From Cladosporium halotolerans (taxonomy: Eukaryota): a stretch of 64,000 nucleotides of DNA. Below the pieces are notes generated by a model. It worked only from the letters and a program-made list of their open reading frames with translations, was not told where the DNA came from and searched no databases. The DNA lies in NCBI RefSeq assembly GCF_011745625.1, contig NW_027191468.1, forward strand, positions 248,001 to 312,000. Reading direction: 5' to 3'. Shown one piece after another: positions 11,654 to 21,511 of the stretch. The position numbers were made by a program, and so were the translations under genes. Position 1 is the stretch's first letter; the number at the start of each line of letters is the position of its first letter.

Positions 11654-13012
11654 ATGGCGCAACAACAGCCTCCGCCCGGCGCACAATCCGGCAGACCGTC
11701 ACCACCACCTGGCGCCGGGCCCTTCCCGCCTGGAATGCAGCCGGGGCAGCAGCCCACTCCTGAGCAGATCCGCGCAGTGCAGGCTCGCATCGCCGCCGAG
11801 GCCGAGAAAGCCGGCATGACGGTACCACAGTTCATTGAGCGCCAGAAGGCACTGGCCATGCAGCAACAACAGGGTCAGCAGCCCTCTCCTGAGCAAGTCC
11901 GCCAGATGCAAGCCCAAATCGCCGCCGAGGCCGAGAAAGCTGGTCTCACAGTCCCTCAGTACGTCGAGCGTTTGAAGGCACAGGCCATGCAGCAACAACA
12001 GATGCGTCAGCAGCAGCAACAGGGAGCGCAGCCGGGCAAACAGGTGCCCATCGCGCCGGGCCCGCCCAAGCCTGAGGGCATCGCGGTCGCGAAGTTCCTT
12101 AGGAGTCAGGACCTGAAGCTGCGGACGTGCATTTTCAACGATCAGAGGAAGGACATGTTCAAGGTCAAGCGCGCAATCCGGGCGCTGCATTCGCCAGCAT
12201 ATGAGAAGGCAAGGAAGAAGAACCCGATCCTGCCTGAGGTCAAGGATCGAGTCACAGCCGAGAACACCTTGAAAACGTTACCTCTGAGCATGCTCGCTCT
12301 TCGAGTGTCAAAGGTCGATCCGCACCAGGGCCACAACCACGGAAAGAAGAAGCGCGTGAAGGGCCTCTGGACAGTGAAGGTCGAGCCGCAACAGGAGGCA
12401 CGAGATGATTACTACTACGTCTTCCTCTACGAAGGTCCTCAGTGGAAGAACAAGCTCTATGCTGCGGGAGCTCTCGGTGTGATTCTCGCTGTAGTGTTCT
12501 TCCCGCTTTGGCCATACCACCTCCGCCTCGGTGTCTGGTACCTTTCTATGGGCCTGCTCGGCCTCCTCGGACTCTTCTTCGCCATGGCTATCTTCCGTCT
12601 AATTCTCTTCCTTGTCACTATGTTCGTCACACCACCTGGTTTCTGGCTTTATCCGAACCTTTTCGAGGACGTTGGCTTCTTCGACTCTTTCAAGCCGCTG
12701 TGGGCCTGGCACGAGGATGAGGCTGCCGTCAAACAGCGTAAGAAGGAAGAGCGTCAGAAGAAGAAGGCTAGACGCGAGGCCAAGGCGAACGGGACTTTTG
12801 TGAAGAAGGACAAATCGAAGCAGCCGGCTGCAGCGACGACCGAGAAGCCAGCCGATCCGCCGTCTTCAAGCTCAAGCGCCAGCGAGGAGCCTGAGATCTC
12901 GAAGCCGGTCACCTCGTCTGCGACGGGTGCCGAGCCAATCCCGAAGGATGGCAACGTGCAAGCGCAGCAGCGCAATCTGGCAGCCCGGGTGGAGGAGACT
13001 GAGGATGAATAG
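11654..13012 (+). CDS. SEC62: Translocation protein Sec62, divergent from RPL12
   Basis: AVAKFLR...FKVKRAIRAL, two TM segments around FPLWP...GVWYLS, and GFWLYPNLFEDVGFFDSFKPLWAW signature. Confidence 0.95.
   Translation: MAQQQPPPGAQSGRPSPPPGAGPFPPGMQPGQQPTPEQIRAVQARIAAEAEKAGMTVPQFIERQKALAMQQQQGQQPSPEQVRQMQAQIAAEAEKAGLTVPQYVERLKAQAMQQQQMRQQQQQGAQPGKQVPIAPGPPKPEGIAVAKFLRSQDLKLRTCIFNDQRKDMFKVKRAIRALHSPAYEKARKKNPILPEVKDRVTAENTLKTLPLSMLALRVSKVDPHQGHNHGKKKRVKGLWTVKVEPQQEARDDYYYVFLYEGPQWKNKLYAAGALGVILAVVFFPLWPYHLRLGVWYLSMGLLGLLGLFFAMAIFRLILFLVTMFVTPPGFWLYPNLFEDVGFFDSFKPLWAWHEDEAAVKQRKKEERQKKKARREAKANGTFVKKDKSKQPAAATTEKPADPPSSSSSASEEPEISKPVTSSATGAEPIPKDGNVQAQQRNLAARVEETEDE
11747..12001 (+). repeat. 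Tandem duplication (~129 bp unit, 2 copies) in the SEC62 N-terminus
   Basis: QQPTPEQIRAVQARIAAEAEKAGMTVPQFIERQKALAMQQQ vs QQPSPEQVRQMQAQIAAEAEKAGLTVPQYVERLKAQAMQQQ; units start at 11747 and 11876. Confidence 0.9.
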
Positions 13013-14025
13013 ATGAGGGTGACATGGTTTTGGCGTTATCATTTTGCTGAAAGGATTAGCGAAATTGTCTGTACAACACTCACAGGCTGAGCTGGGTTGT
13101 GGTTGGCAAAGCATGGCGTGCGGGAGTTCCTGAATGAAAGCATTTGAATTAACTCCATATCGAAGTCGAATCTTCCGGGTGCCTGTGTTGTGCAATAATT
13201 CACAGACGACTTCATTCGTAACGTTACCCTCCAATATCATGGTTCGGTGTATCTTGTGCCTTTTCATCAGAAGGGCATATTTGGGGAAGCCGGACACCAC
13301 ATGTATCTGCACTGCCGGGCTCCGAAACCATTGTACGCGAACAACTTTGCGCTCGCAATCTTTCATTGTTCTCGAAAAGTCTAGAAATGACTGTGATTCC
13401 ATGGCCGCTGTCTTTACCATTTGTCATTTACCAAGCGAATTGCCTGTGTTTCAAGAACAGCAGACCATAAGACGCAAGCCCCAAGCACGACAACCCTGAT
13501 AACCCCAACCCTACTTACCCTCGCCCTAAACTTTATCTGGCACTGCCCTGGATCAACGGTAACAGGCTAGGTATGTAGGCCGATGTTCAACACCTCGCCA
13601 AAACTCAGCGATGGAGCCTGGTCTGGGCTAGGCTCCAAAACTGATGCCTCGACAATATTGACCACGTGTCGAGCAGCTGATGGCCCCACGAGGTAGACTA
13701 CACGCCAGTCCTTGTCGCACCCGTGCGCAAAATTGGATTGTGCTCAACTTGGAAGGCCGTAAACTGGATATGTCTGTCAAAGTCCGCGGCTGGATAAACT
13801 GGGCTGATACATCTCGTTTCTTAGCAAGCGAAATTTGCAGTTCTCGAGTAAGATCCCCAAGATGCTTTAGCCTGCGACAGTCCTCAACCCACGAGTGCTG
13901 AGTTGCGAGGGAGGCGACTGCATAAAGCTCTCCAATTCCTCCACTTTTCAACATGTAGCATTCATCCGCTGGCGAAGAGGCTTTCTAGTTCCATCGCCCC
14001 TAGCTTGACATACCTTAGCTCGACC

Positions 14026-15130
14026 ATGAGCGTCGATCAGCGCGAGCTTGAAGCAGCGTGCAAGGCGAACGACGTTGCGCGCGTGCGTCTACTGTTTGCC
14101 ACAAGACCATTGGACGACAAGGACGCGACCAGATGCAGCCTCACCGAATCATCCGACTTGCCACTCATGCGATGTTTGCTTGAGCACGGCGCTGACTACG
14201 AGAGATATCTACGGGTGATACCGCCACCCTCTCTGGATATGGTCAAGCTTCTCATCGAATTCGGCTACGACGTGAAAGCCGAGGGCCATAAGATGCTCCA
14301 GTAAGTACACATCGTCGACGCATTTAACATGGAAGTAGCCGGACTCAGAGTTCTCCAGGGATTTTGCGCATGACCGGGAAGCCCTTGACTGGCTGATGGA
14401 CCACGGTGCGGACCCGAGTCGCACGGATGACACCCGAGACGACAATTATCCCATTCGCCGACTTGGTGACATGCGCGACTACTCGCTAAAGGTCCTCAAC
14501 AATATCGCCGCGGCAGGGGATATAGAGCTGTTCGACCACCTCGTATCCCGCGGCGCGGACCCTCATCGCAGCATGGCCCTCCACCGCGCGGGTAAATGTC
14601 CGGACCCCGAAAAATCCATCGCTATGATCGATCATCTCCTGGATAAGCACCACATGGACATTGAAGCCAATAGCGAAGATTTGCGCCGAACGATCGACTC
14701 CATCGACGCGGGCACCCCTCTCAACTGCGCCATCTACTACCAGAACCTTGCCGCTTTTAAACATTTACTGAAAAGGGGTGCGCATCCGAGAGGTCTTGAC
14801 CAAATCGTAGGGAGGTGGGGCGTCGATCCGTTCTTACCAGCTCTCGGTCCTTTGCTAGATGCTGGTGCTAATCCCGATAGCGCGCTAAAGTTGATAATCC
14901 ATACCGGCGACATTGAAGCTGCGAGGTTATGTGTAGAAGCTGGTGCGGACCCAAGGGCAATTATCTCAAGCCAGGAGGCTCGCGCTGCCAGGCTAGCTGC
15001 CAGACCGGAACTCAATTCGGATGATGAGGAAGAGTATTATGATGATGAATATCCTCCTGAAGATATAATAAACGCGGGTTGGAGTAATGGGATGGAAACT
15101 TTTCTTCGGTTGTTTGATGATACTAAGTAG
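14026..15130 (+). CDS. Ankyrin-repeat protein; exons 14026-14300, 14359-15130
   Basis: Several ankyrin-like units (LLEHGAD, LLIEFGYDV, LVSRGADP, GTPLNCAI...LLKRGAHP, LLDAGANP). GTAAGT...CAG intron 14301-14358 joins two ORF-track ORFs in phase. Confidence 0.8.
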
Positions 15131-15802
15131 CTTATCAATCTAGAGTTTACTGGCCATCTCGCAATGAACGATCCCATAGAAATAGTGTCCCTTCTCCACA
15201 AGACGTTAGTGTTGTTATACTCGGATAGTGGCTTGGGCTCACTACTGTCATTCGTGTAGTAGAAAGCTCTACTATATAGTACATTGAAAGACTGAGCGCT
15301 TACTAAAACTACTTCAGCCTACATCAGCTTTTCTCTTCATTCGTGTCGATATCTTACTTTCACCATCGAAGCTTAGAACATTCTGTAATTCTGTTAAGCA
15401 CGGGGCTTTAAGACAACCGAGCGACCAGGTGACATTGATCGACACATGCGTCTGAACGTCTGCACAACAGCAGTGTCTGAAGCAAAGAAGGGCACAAGTC
15501 CAAAACCACATGCCTACGTTTCAAGACCCGTGATCGACGAACAGCGCAAGGTTGATGCGGCTCTGCGGCCCTGCGACTCGGGACGTCATCGAGATCCTAG
15601 CTCATCTGCAGCGCTGTTCACCCCCACAACCGGCTTCAGCCACAGGATCCGCGTGCGCCGGAAGTCAAGAGCCCGCCAGCCAGCACCAGCCAGCCGGTTG
15701 ACAGGCATCCCTCGCCCGCTCCAACAGCGCCAGTTCTGCGCCGCCACCGCAGCCTCCGCGCCTCCCTCTCCGCTGAACTCCTCTCTCGAGTGCAGCGCAG
15801 CC

Positions 15803-17342
15803 ATGCCGGAGATGGCGCAGCGAGGCGAGTCGCTCACAACAAGCAGCATGAACCGCTCCTCTGCTGTCCCGGCCGCCGAAGACGACGAGGTCGGGCGCGA
15901 CCCGCACATCCCAGGCTCGATCCCTCCGTGGGTGCACATCTCGTCCGACGAGGGCGACACCCTCATCCCACCGCCTGCGCGACCGAACACGCGACACTAT
16001 CGACCGCCACCGTCACACTACAAGCCCGGGCGCAAATGGGACCACATCCGATCCGCCGAGCCTCCTTTGATGAGCGCGCCCATTGCCGACCACCAGACAA
16101 GATGGATACCCTTCATGCAGAGCGGGCCCCATCCGCCCTGGCACGAGCAAGGAGCGAGACTCATGAGCCCTGAGTGGATGGAGGAGAATGTCCCTATTAC
16201 CGTTCGAGGCTGGGAAGAAGAGGACGAGGCATTGGCGGACAAGCAGGAGGAATTGAAGGGGTTCTGGCTCCTGAGCCCTGAAAAGAGAGAACGAACAGTC
16301 CGGCTCTTCTGGGTAAGTCATACTGGCGGCTTTGCCCCAAGCCCTTCCTATTGCCTTGGTCCCAATGCATTGCGACGAGCACGGCGGGTCTGCCGCGACC
16401 GTGCTTTACCGTCGCATCCGCCGGTGAGCGTCGGCGATGCTGCAGCGGAACGATCAGCGCAGAAGTGGAGCGCTTGGCGCACAAGGCACATAATCGTCCG
16501 CCGGCTTCCCACCATCATCGATCTAGCAGCTTTAGCTCACATGGGAGAGCGCCAGACTGAAGTAACACTTCATGTCAAAATAAGCATTCTGTGCGGTATC
16601 TGGAGGTACTGTGTTCGATCCACAGAAGCTGCATCGTTGATCTTTTGCCTTTTTGTTTTCCCTTTTGCTCTGGCACTGTTCTACACGTTGTCATCTGGTC
16701 TCGACTACATTCCTGAACATCACTGACAAGCTTTGCAGAGGTTGTTGCTCAAGAATCCTTTTGTGCCATTGCTCTTCCGAATCGTTGTACTGGCATTTTC
16801 CGGCGCATCTTTAGGTCTTTCAGCGACATTGTACGAAAACATTCGTCGAGTGAACACAGATCGGGATCCAGACAATCAATGTGCAGCTCGTGCTTCAACG
16901 TACATGGCAATCGTCGTTGGCTCTGTTGCGATCCCGTACGTGCTTTACGTGACTTGGGACGAATACATGAGCAGACCGTAAGTTTCATATCGACTTCCCG
17001 ATCGCTTCACTTACAAGTCTAGGCTAACGACTCTGCAGCCTCGGTCTTCGATCTGCTGTGGCTAAGACCTCACTCCTTCTATGTGATCTATATTTCATCG
17101 TCTTCTCTGCCTCGAATTTGTCCCTAGCGTTTGATGCCTTGTTCGATCGACGATGGGCATGCTACGACGAGCGCTACTCTATCGCCGGGTCTGAAACCAT
17201 CCGTATCCCCGCGACATGTCCCGACAACCCGGGCATTTGCTACAAGCAAAAAGCGTTGGGCGGCGTGCTGGTCATCAGTCTCGTGGCCTGGTTGGCGACG
17301 TTCAGCATCTCCGTCATGAGAGTCGTGGAGAAGCTGCGATAG
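15803..17342 (+). CDS. SRF1: Srf1-like regulator of phospholipase D (multi-pass membrane protein); exons 15803-16312, 16739-16977, 17039-17342
   Basis: LLKNPFVPLLFRIVV...VTWDEYMSRPLGLRS...LLCDLYFIVFSASNLSLAF...FSISVMRVVEKL matches the Srf1 family as I recall it. Introns 16313-16738 and 16978-17038 are GT-AG and in phase. Confidence 0.8.
16526..16633 (+). tRNA. tRNA-Phe(GAA) with a 35-nt intron (16563-16597), nested in SRF1 intron 1
   Basis: Full cloverleaf: acceptor GCAGCTT/AAGCTGC+A73, D stem GCTC/GAGC, anticodon stem CCAGA/TCTGG with CT-GAA-G, intron at canonical 37/38 containing CTTCA complementary to the anticodon loop, T arm CTGTG-TTCGATC-CACAG. Closely resembles yeast tRNA-Phe. Confidence 0.95.
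16643..16654 (+). terminator. Pol III oligo-T terminator of tRNA-Phe
   Basis: T4 (16643-16646) and T5 (16650-16654) runs 10-21 nt downstream of the tRNA 3' end. Confidence 0.7.
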
Positions 17343-17793
17343 GATGTCTGCTTCTTTGTACAACTTTGGGGTTTGACGCGCTTCTTATTTCTTTGGGTTA
17401 TCGGATCTTGTCGCATTGGAAAAGGAAAGGGATAGCATTGCGTCGGCGTTTGGGTCTGTCAGCTTTACCGGCGGCAATCAAAATCACTTGGATGATTGCG
17501 TGCATTTGGAATGGGGTTTTCTTTGAATGGCTGGGATGGGACGGGATGATTTAAGTGACGATACCCTGTTTGATACATAGCCTGGGCGCAAAAGCGCGAT
17601 ACTGCCGCCGATTGGACATGTAGCATTGAAAAAACATAACGTATTGACTGTGCTGCCTTGTCACGCTGTTTGCGAAGAACCAGGTCCAGCCGCATCAATC
17701 ATGACCTGACCTCACACCTCGCATGGGCACGCATGCAGCGTGGCGGCCAGCGCGGCGGCTCAGCCCAACCGCGGGCCACCTTCCCTTGCGCAG

Positions 17794-17808
17794 CTTCCCG
17801 AATGTTCG
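17794..17808 (+). promoter_or_regulatory. Heat shock element (nTTCnnGAAnnTTCn)
   Basis: cTTCccGAAtgTTCg is a perfect three-unit HSE ~290 bp upstream of the Hsp110 ATG. Confidence 0.75.
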
Positions 17809-18087
17809 CGGCGGTTCGCCATCCTCAGAAACTTTCAGTGCCTGCACGGCTCGCACAGGGCAGACTTGCGCCAACGCTCGCACACGCCGCTGTGCCGTCA
17901 CTCACACCCCACCACCGCCCCGTCGACCGCAACAAAAGTTTTGACCACCTCATCACCGCCCCATCGCCCACCATACTCCCCCACCCTCCCACCACCACTC
18001 ACCACCACCTTCCACCACTCCGCCGCGCACTGCAAGAGCAGACAATCCCGCGCGAATCCTTGCAAACACTCGAAAGTCGCTCAGAAA

Positions 18088-20483
18088 ATGTCGGTCGTTG
18101 GCCTGGACTTTGGCACACAAAATGCGGTGATCGTAAGCATTCGGAGTCACGCTGTAAAGAGCAAGGAGGACACGCGCTGACGCTGGACAACAGGCTGTCG
18201 CCCGGAACAAGGGTGTCGACGTCGTCACCAACGAGGTTTCCAACCGCGCTACACCGTAAGTTACATCCTGCGCCCATGCAAGTTGTCGATCAGGTACGGA
18301 CCGGATGCTGACAATCCCTCTCACAGTTCCCTTGTTGGCTTCGGCCCCAAGTGCAGATTCCTCGGTGAGGCCGCCAAGTCGCTCGAGGTCTCCAACCTCA
18401 AGAACACCGTCGGCTCGCTCTCCCGCCTCGCCGGCCGCTCATTAAGTGATCCCGATGTCGAGGCCGAGAAGCAGTTCCTCTCCGTGCCTCTGATTGAGAA
18501 GGATGGCCAGATCGGCGCGCGCGTCAAGTTCCAGGGCAAGGACCAGGAGTTCACCGCGACCCAGCTCATTGCCATGTTCCTCGTCAAGGTCAAGCAGACT
18601 GCCTCCGCCGAGCTTAGGCTGCCCGTGAACGACCTTGTCCTCTCTTGCCCCGCCTGGTATACCGATGCGCAGAGGAGGTGCATCCTCGACGCCGCCGAGG
18701 TCGCTGGCGTCAAGGTCCTGCGCCTGATCAACGAGACCACCGCTACCGCCCTTGGCTGGGGTATCACCAAGCTCGACCTCCCCAGCGCCGAGGAGAAGCC
18801 CAGGAGGGTCGCCTTCATCGATGTCGGCCACAGCAACTACACTGCCTCGATCGCCGAGTTCAAGAAGGGCGAGCTTAAGATCGTTGGTACCGCCTCCGAC
18901 AGGCACTTCGGTGGCCGCAACTTCGACAAGGCCATCATGGACCACTTCCGCAAGATCTGGCAGGACAAGCACAAGATCGACATCTACTCCAACGACAAGG
19001 CCCGCGTCCGTGTCGCCGCTGCTGTCGAGAAGCTGAAGAAGGTCCTTTCCGCCAACGCTAGCGCTCCCATCAACGTCGAGATGGTCATGAACGACATTGA
19101 CGTCAACGGATTCCTGAAGAGAGAGGAGCTCGAGGAGCTTGTTGCCCCTCTTCTCACCAAGGCTACCTCCCCCATCGAGGCTGCGCTCGCTGACGCCAAG
19201 CTCAAGCCCGAGGACATCGACTCCGTCGAGCTTGTTGGTGGTGCCTCCCGTGTCCCCGCCCTCAAGAAGGCCATCGGCGACTTCTTCCAGGGCAAGACCC
19301 TCTCCTACACCCTCAACGCCGACGAGGCTATTGCCCGTGGTTGCGCTTTCTGCTGCGCCATCCTCTCGCCCGTCTTCCGTGTCCGTGACTTCAGCATCCA
19401 GGATGTTGTCCACCACCCGATCGAGTTCACCTGGGAGAAGTCCCCTGAGATCCCCGACGAGGACACCTCCCTCACCGTTTTCAACAAGGGCAACGCTCTT
19501 CCCTCCACCAAGATCCTCACTTTCTACCGCAAGCAGCCATTCGACCTTGAGGCTAAGTACGCCAAGCCCGAATCTCTGCCCGGCAAGATGAACCCCTGGA
19601 TCGGCCGTTTCAGCGTCAAAGGCGTCAAGCCCGACGAGAAGGGCGACTTCATGATCTGCAAGCTCAAGGCCCGTCTGAACCTCCACGGTGTGCTCAACAT
19701 CGAGCAGGGCTACTACGTCGAGGACCAGGAGATCGAGGAGCCTATCCCCGAGGAGAAGGACGCCATGGAGACTGACGACAAGGCCAACGGCGAGGCCAAG
19801 GCCCCCAAGACCCGCAAGGTCAAGAAGCAGGTCCGCAAGGGCGACCTCCCCATCTCCGCCGGCACCGCTTCCCTCAGCAGCGAGCTCCGCGAGCAGTACT
19901 TCGAGTTCGAGGGCAGCATGCAGAGCGAGGACAAGCTCGTCGCCGAGACCGAGGACAAGAAGAACGAGCTCGAGGGCGACATCTACGCCATCCGCAACAG
20001 GCTCGACGAGCCCTACGAGTCCAACGGCTACTCCGAGTTCGCCAGCGAGGAGGAGAAGGAGAAAATCAAGGCCAAGTGCGAGTCGCTTGAGGTAAGCACT
20101 TCCCCGTCAGATCACAAGTATAAAGACCATGATGCTAACATCCCACACAGGACTGGCTCTACGAGGACGGCGAGGACGCCACCAAGGCCCAGTACGTCAG
20201 CAAGCACGAGGAGCTCCGCAGCACCGCCGCCTCCGTCATCCAGCGCTTCAACGAGCGCCGCCAGGCAGAGGAGGACGAGCGCCGCGCGAAGGCCGAGGCC
20301 GAGGCGGCCAAGAAGCGCGAGGAAGAGGAGGCCAAGAAGCAGGCCGACGCCGAGGCCCGCGCCGCCGCCGAGGCCGCGAAGAAGCTGGCCGAGCAGCGCG
20401 AGCGCGAGGCCGCCAGCAAGCCCGACGAGGAGATGAAGGACGCCGCCGCCGAGGGCGAGCAGTCGCAGGAGCAGCAGTCTTAA
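18088..20483 (+). CDS. SSE1: Hsp110-family chaperone / Hsp70 nucleotide exchange factor (Hsp88/Sse1); exons 18088-18132, 18194-18255, 18327-20091, 20151-20483
   Basis: MSVVGLDFG...[74 protein letters not shown]. Three in-phase GT-AG introns. Confidence 0.96.
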
Positions 20484-20993
20484 AAAAATGAAGCCAGCTT
20501 GAACGCTGAGACTGCTGGCTTCGACGCGATGGCGGTAATGTCCGGGCTTGTTTGGGGTTTTTTGGTGTGTGTCATGAACATTTTTGAAATGATTGAGAGC
20601 ATAGCGAGACAACCTTTTTGCATGATGAACGACCGAGTCTCTCTGCTGCTTTTTGATTTGCCTTTTTTTTCTCTTTGACCTCGAGAAACGATTGTCTTAC
20701 GAGATGAGGGCAGCGATGGTGGTTTTGATGAGGGAGAGGGAAACCTACGCAGAGATAACGTAAAAAGAATGATAGATCGTATGACCTTTTTGTTGTAATC
20801 CTATCTGGTATTCATTGATGTCTCATCGTCTGAAGTTTATTTTTTGGTTGGAACGACTGCTGCCCTGGCTAGCTATGAGCTTTGTGGCTTTTGGCGACTC
20901 GAGCTGTGACCTGATGTTATCGATCAGGCCACAAGTCACTTCATTCACAGACACAAGGGGCAGGACGGCGAGCTGATTCGGCGTCGGACAGTG

Positions 20994-21185
20994 GGTATCA
21001 GTGGGACTTCGATTTTGGCTACTCGAGTCGAAATGTCGAGTCAGAATGTCGAGTCCCTTCACAGTGCCGAGCCCTTTCAAAAAGTCGAGCCAAAAGGCCG
21101 AGCCAGAATGTCGAGTCCCAGGAAAACCACGAGTCGACATGTCGAGTCAAAATCCCGAGTCCCAATGTCGAGTCCCACGAATACC
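20994..21185. mobile_element. Putative MITE/fold-back-like element with imperfect terminal inverted repeats and internal direct repeats
   Basis: GGTATCAGTGGGACTTCGA (20994-21012) is an imperfect inverse of TCGAGTCCCACGAATACC (21168-21185). There are five internal copies of ATGTCGAGTC plus variants. No clear target-site duplication. Confidence 0.5.
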
Positions 21186-21511
21186 GAAGCAAACGTTAAC
21201 TCACTTACTAAGGTGAAGGGGCGAACTGATTGGACTTTGGGCAACGGGAGCCAATGGGATGTCGATTTCCGGACTCGACATTGCAATTATCCTGTAATGG
21301 TTTTAGATTTGTTCTCCCCAAGAGTTGACAGCTGATGGTCTCTTGTTTACAGACAAGGAAATGGAGATCACTGATTTGATAAGACCTCATTTGGCCGTGC
21401 AGGGTATCAACAATCGTACAATGCGTAAATACAAACAAACAAAGCCAAGCTAAGGTACAAAAAGGGGTATATGCGAAGCAGACCAAAAAACAAACCACCC
21501 CCCTCCCCCGA

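Noticed and set aside
18256..18326. Internal CAG|GTACGG in SSE1 intron 2, suggesting recursive splicing or a stwintron
   Set aside because: The halves would be only 38 and 33 nt, and the first lacks a clear branch motif; a single 71-nt intron explains it.
18442..19686. 414-aa ORF antisense to the Hsp110 gene
   Set aside because: Long antisense frames are a known by-product of codon bias in Hsp70-family genes; no independent support.
21020..21180. Repeat array considered as CRISPR
   Set aside because: Eukaryotic context, 10-bp repeats, irregular short spacers and no cas genes.
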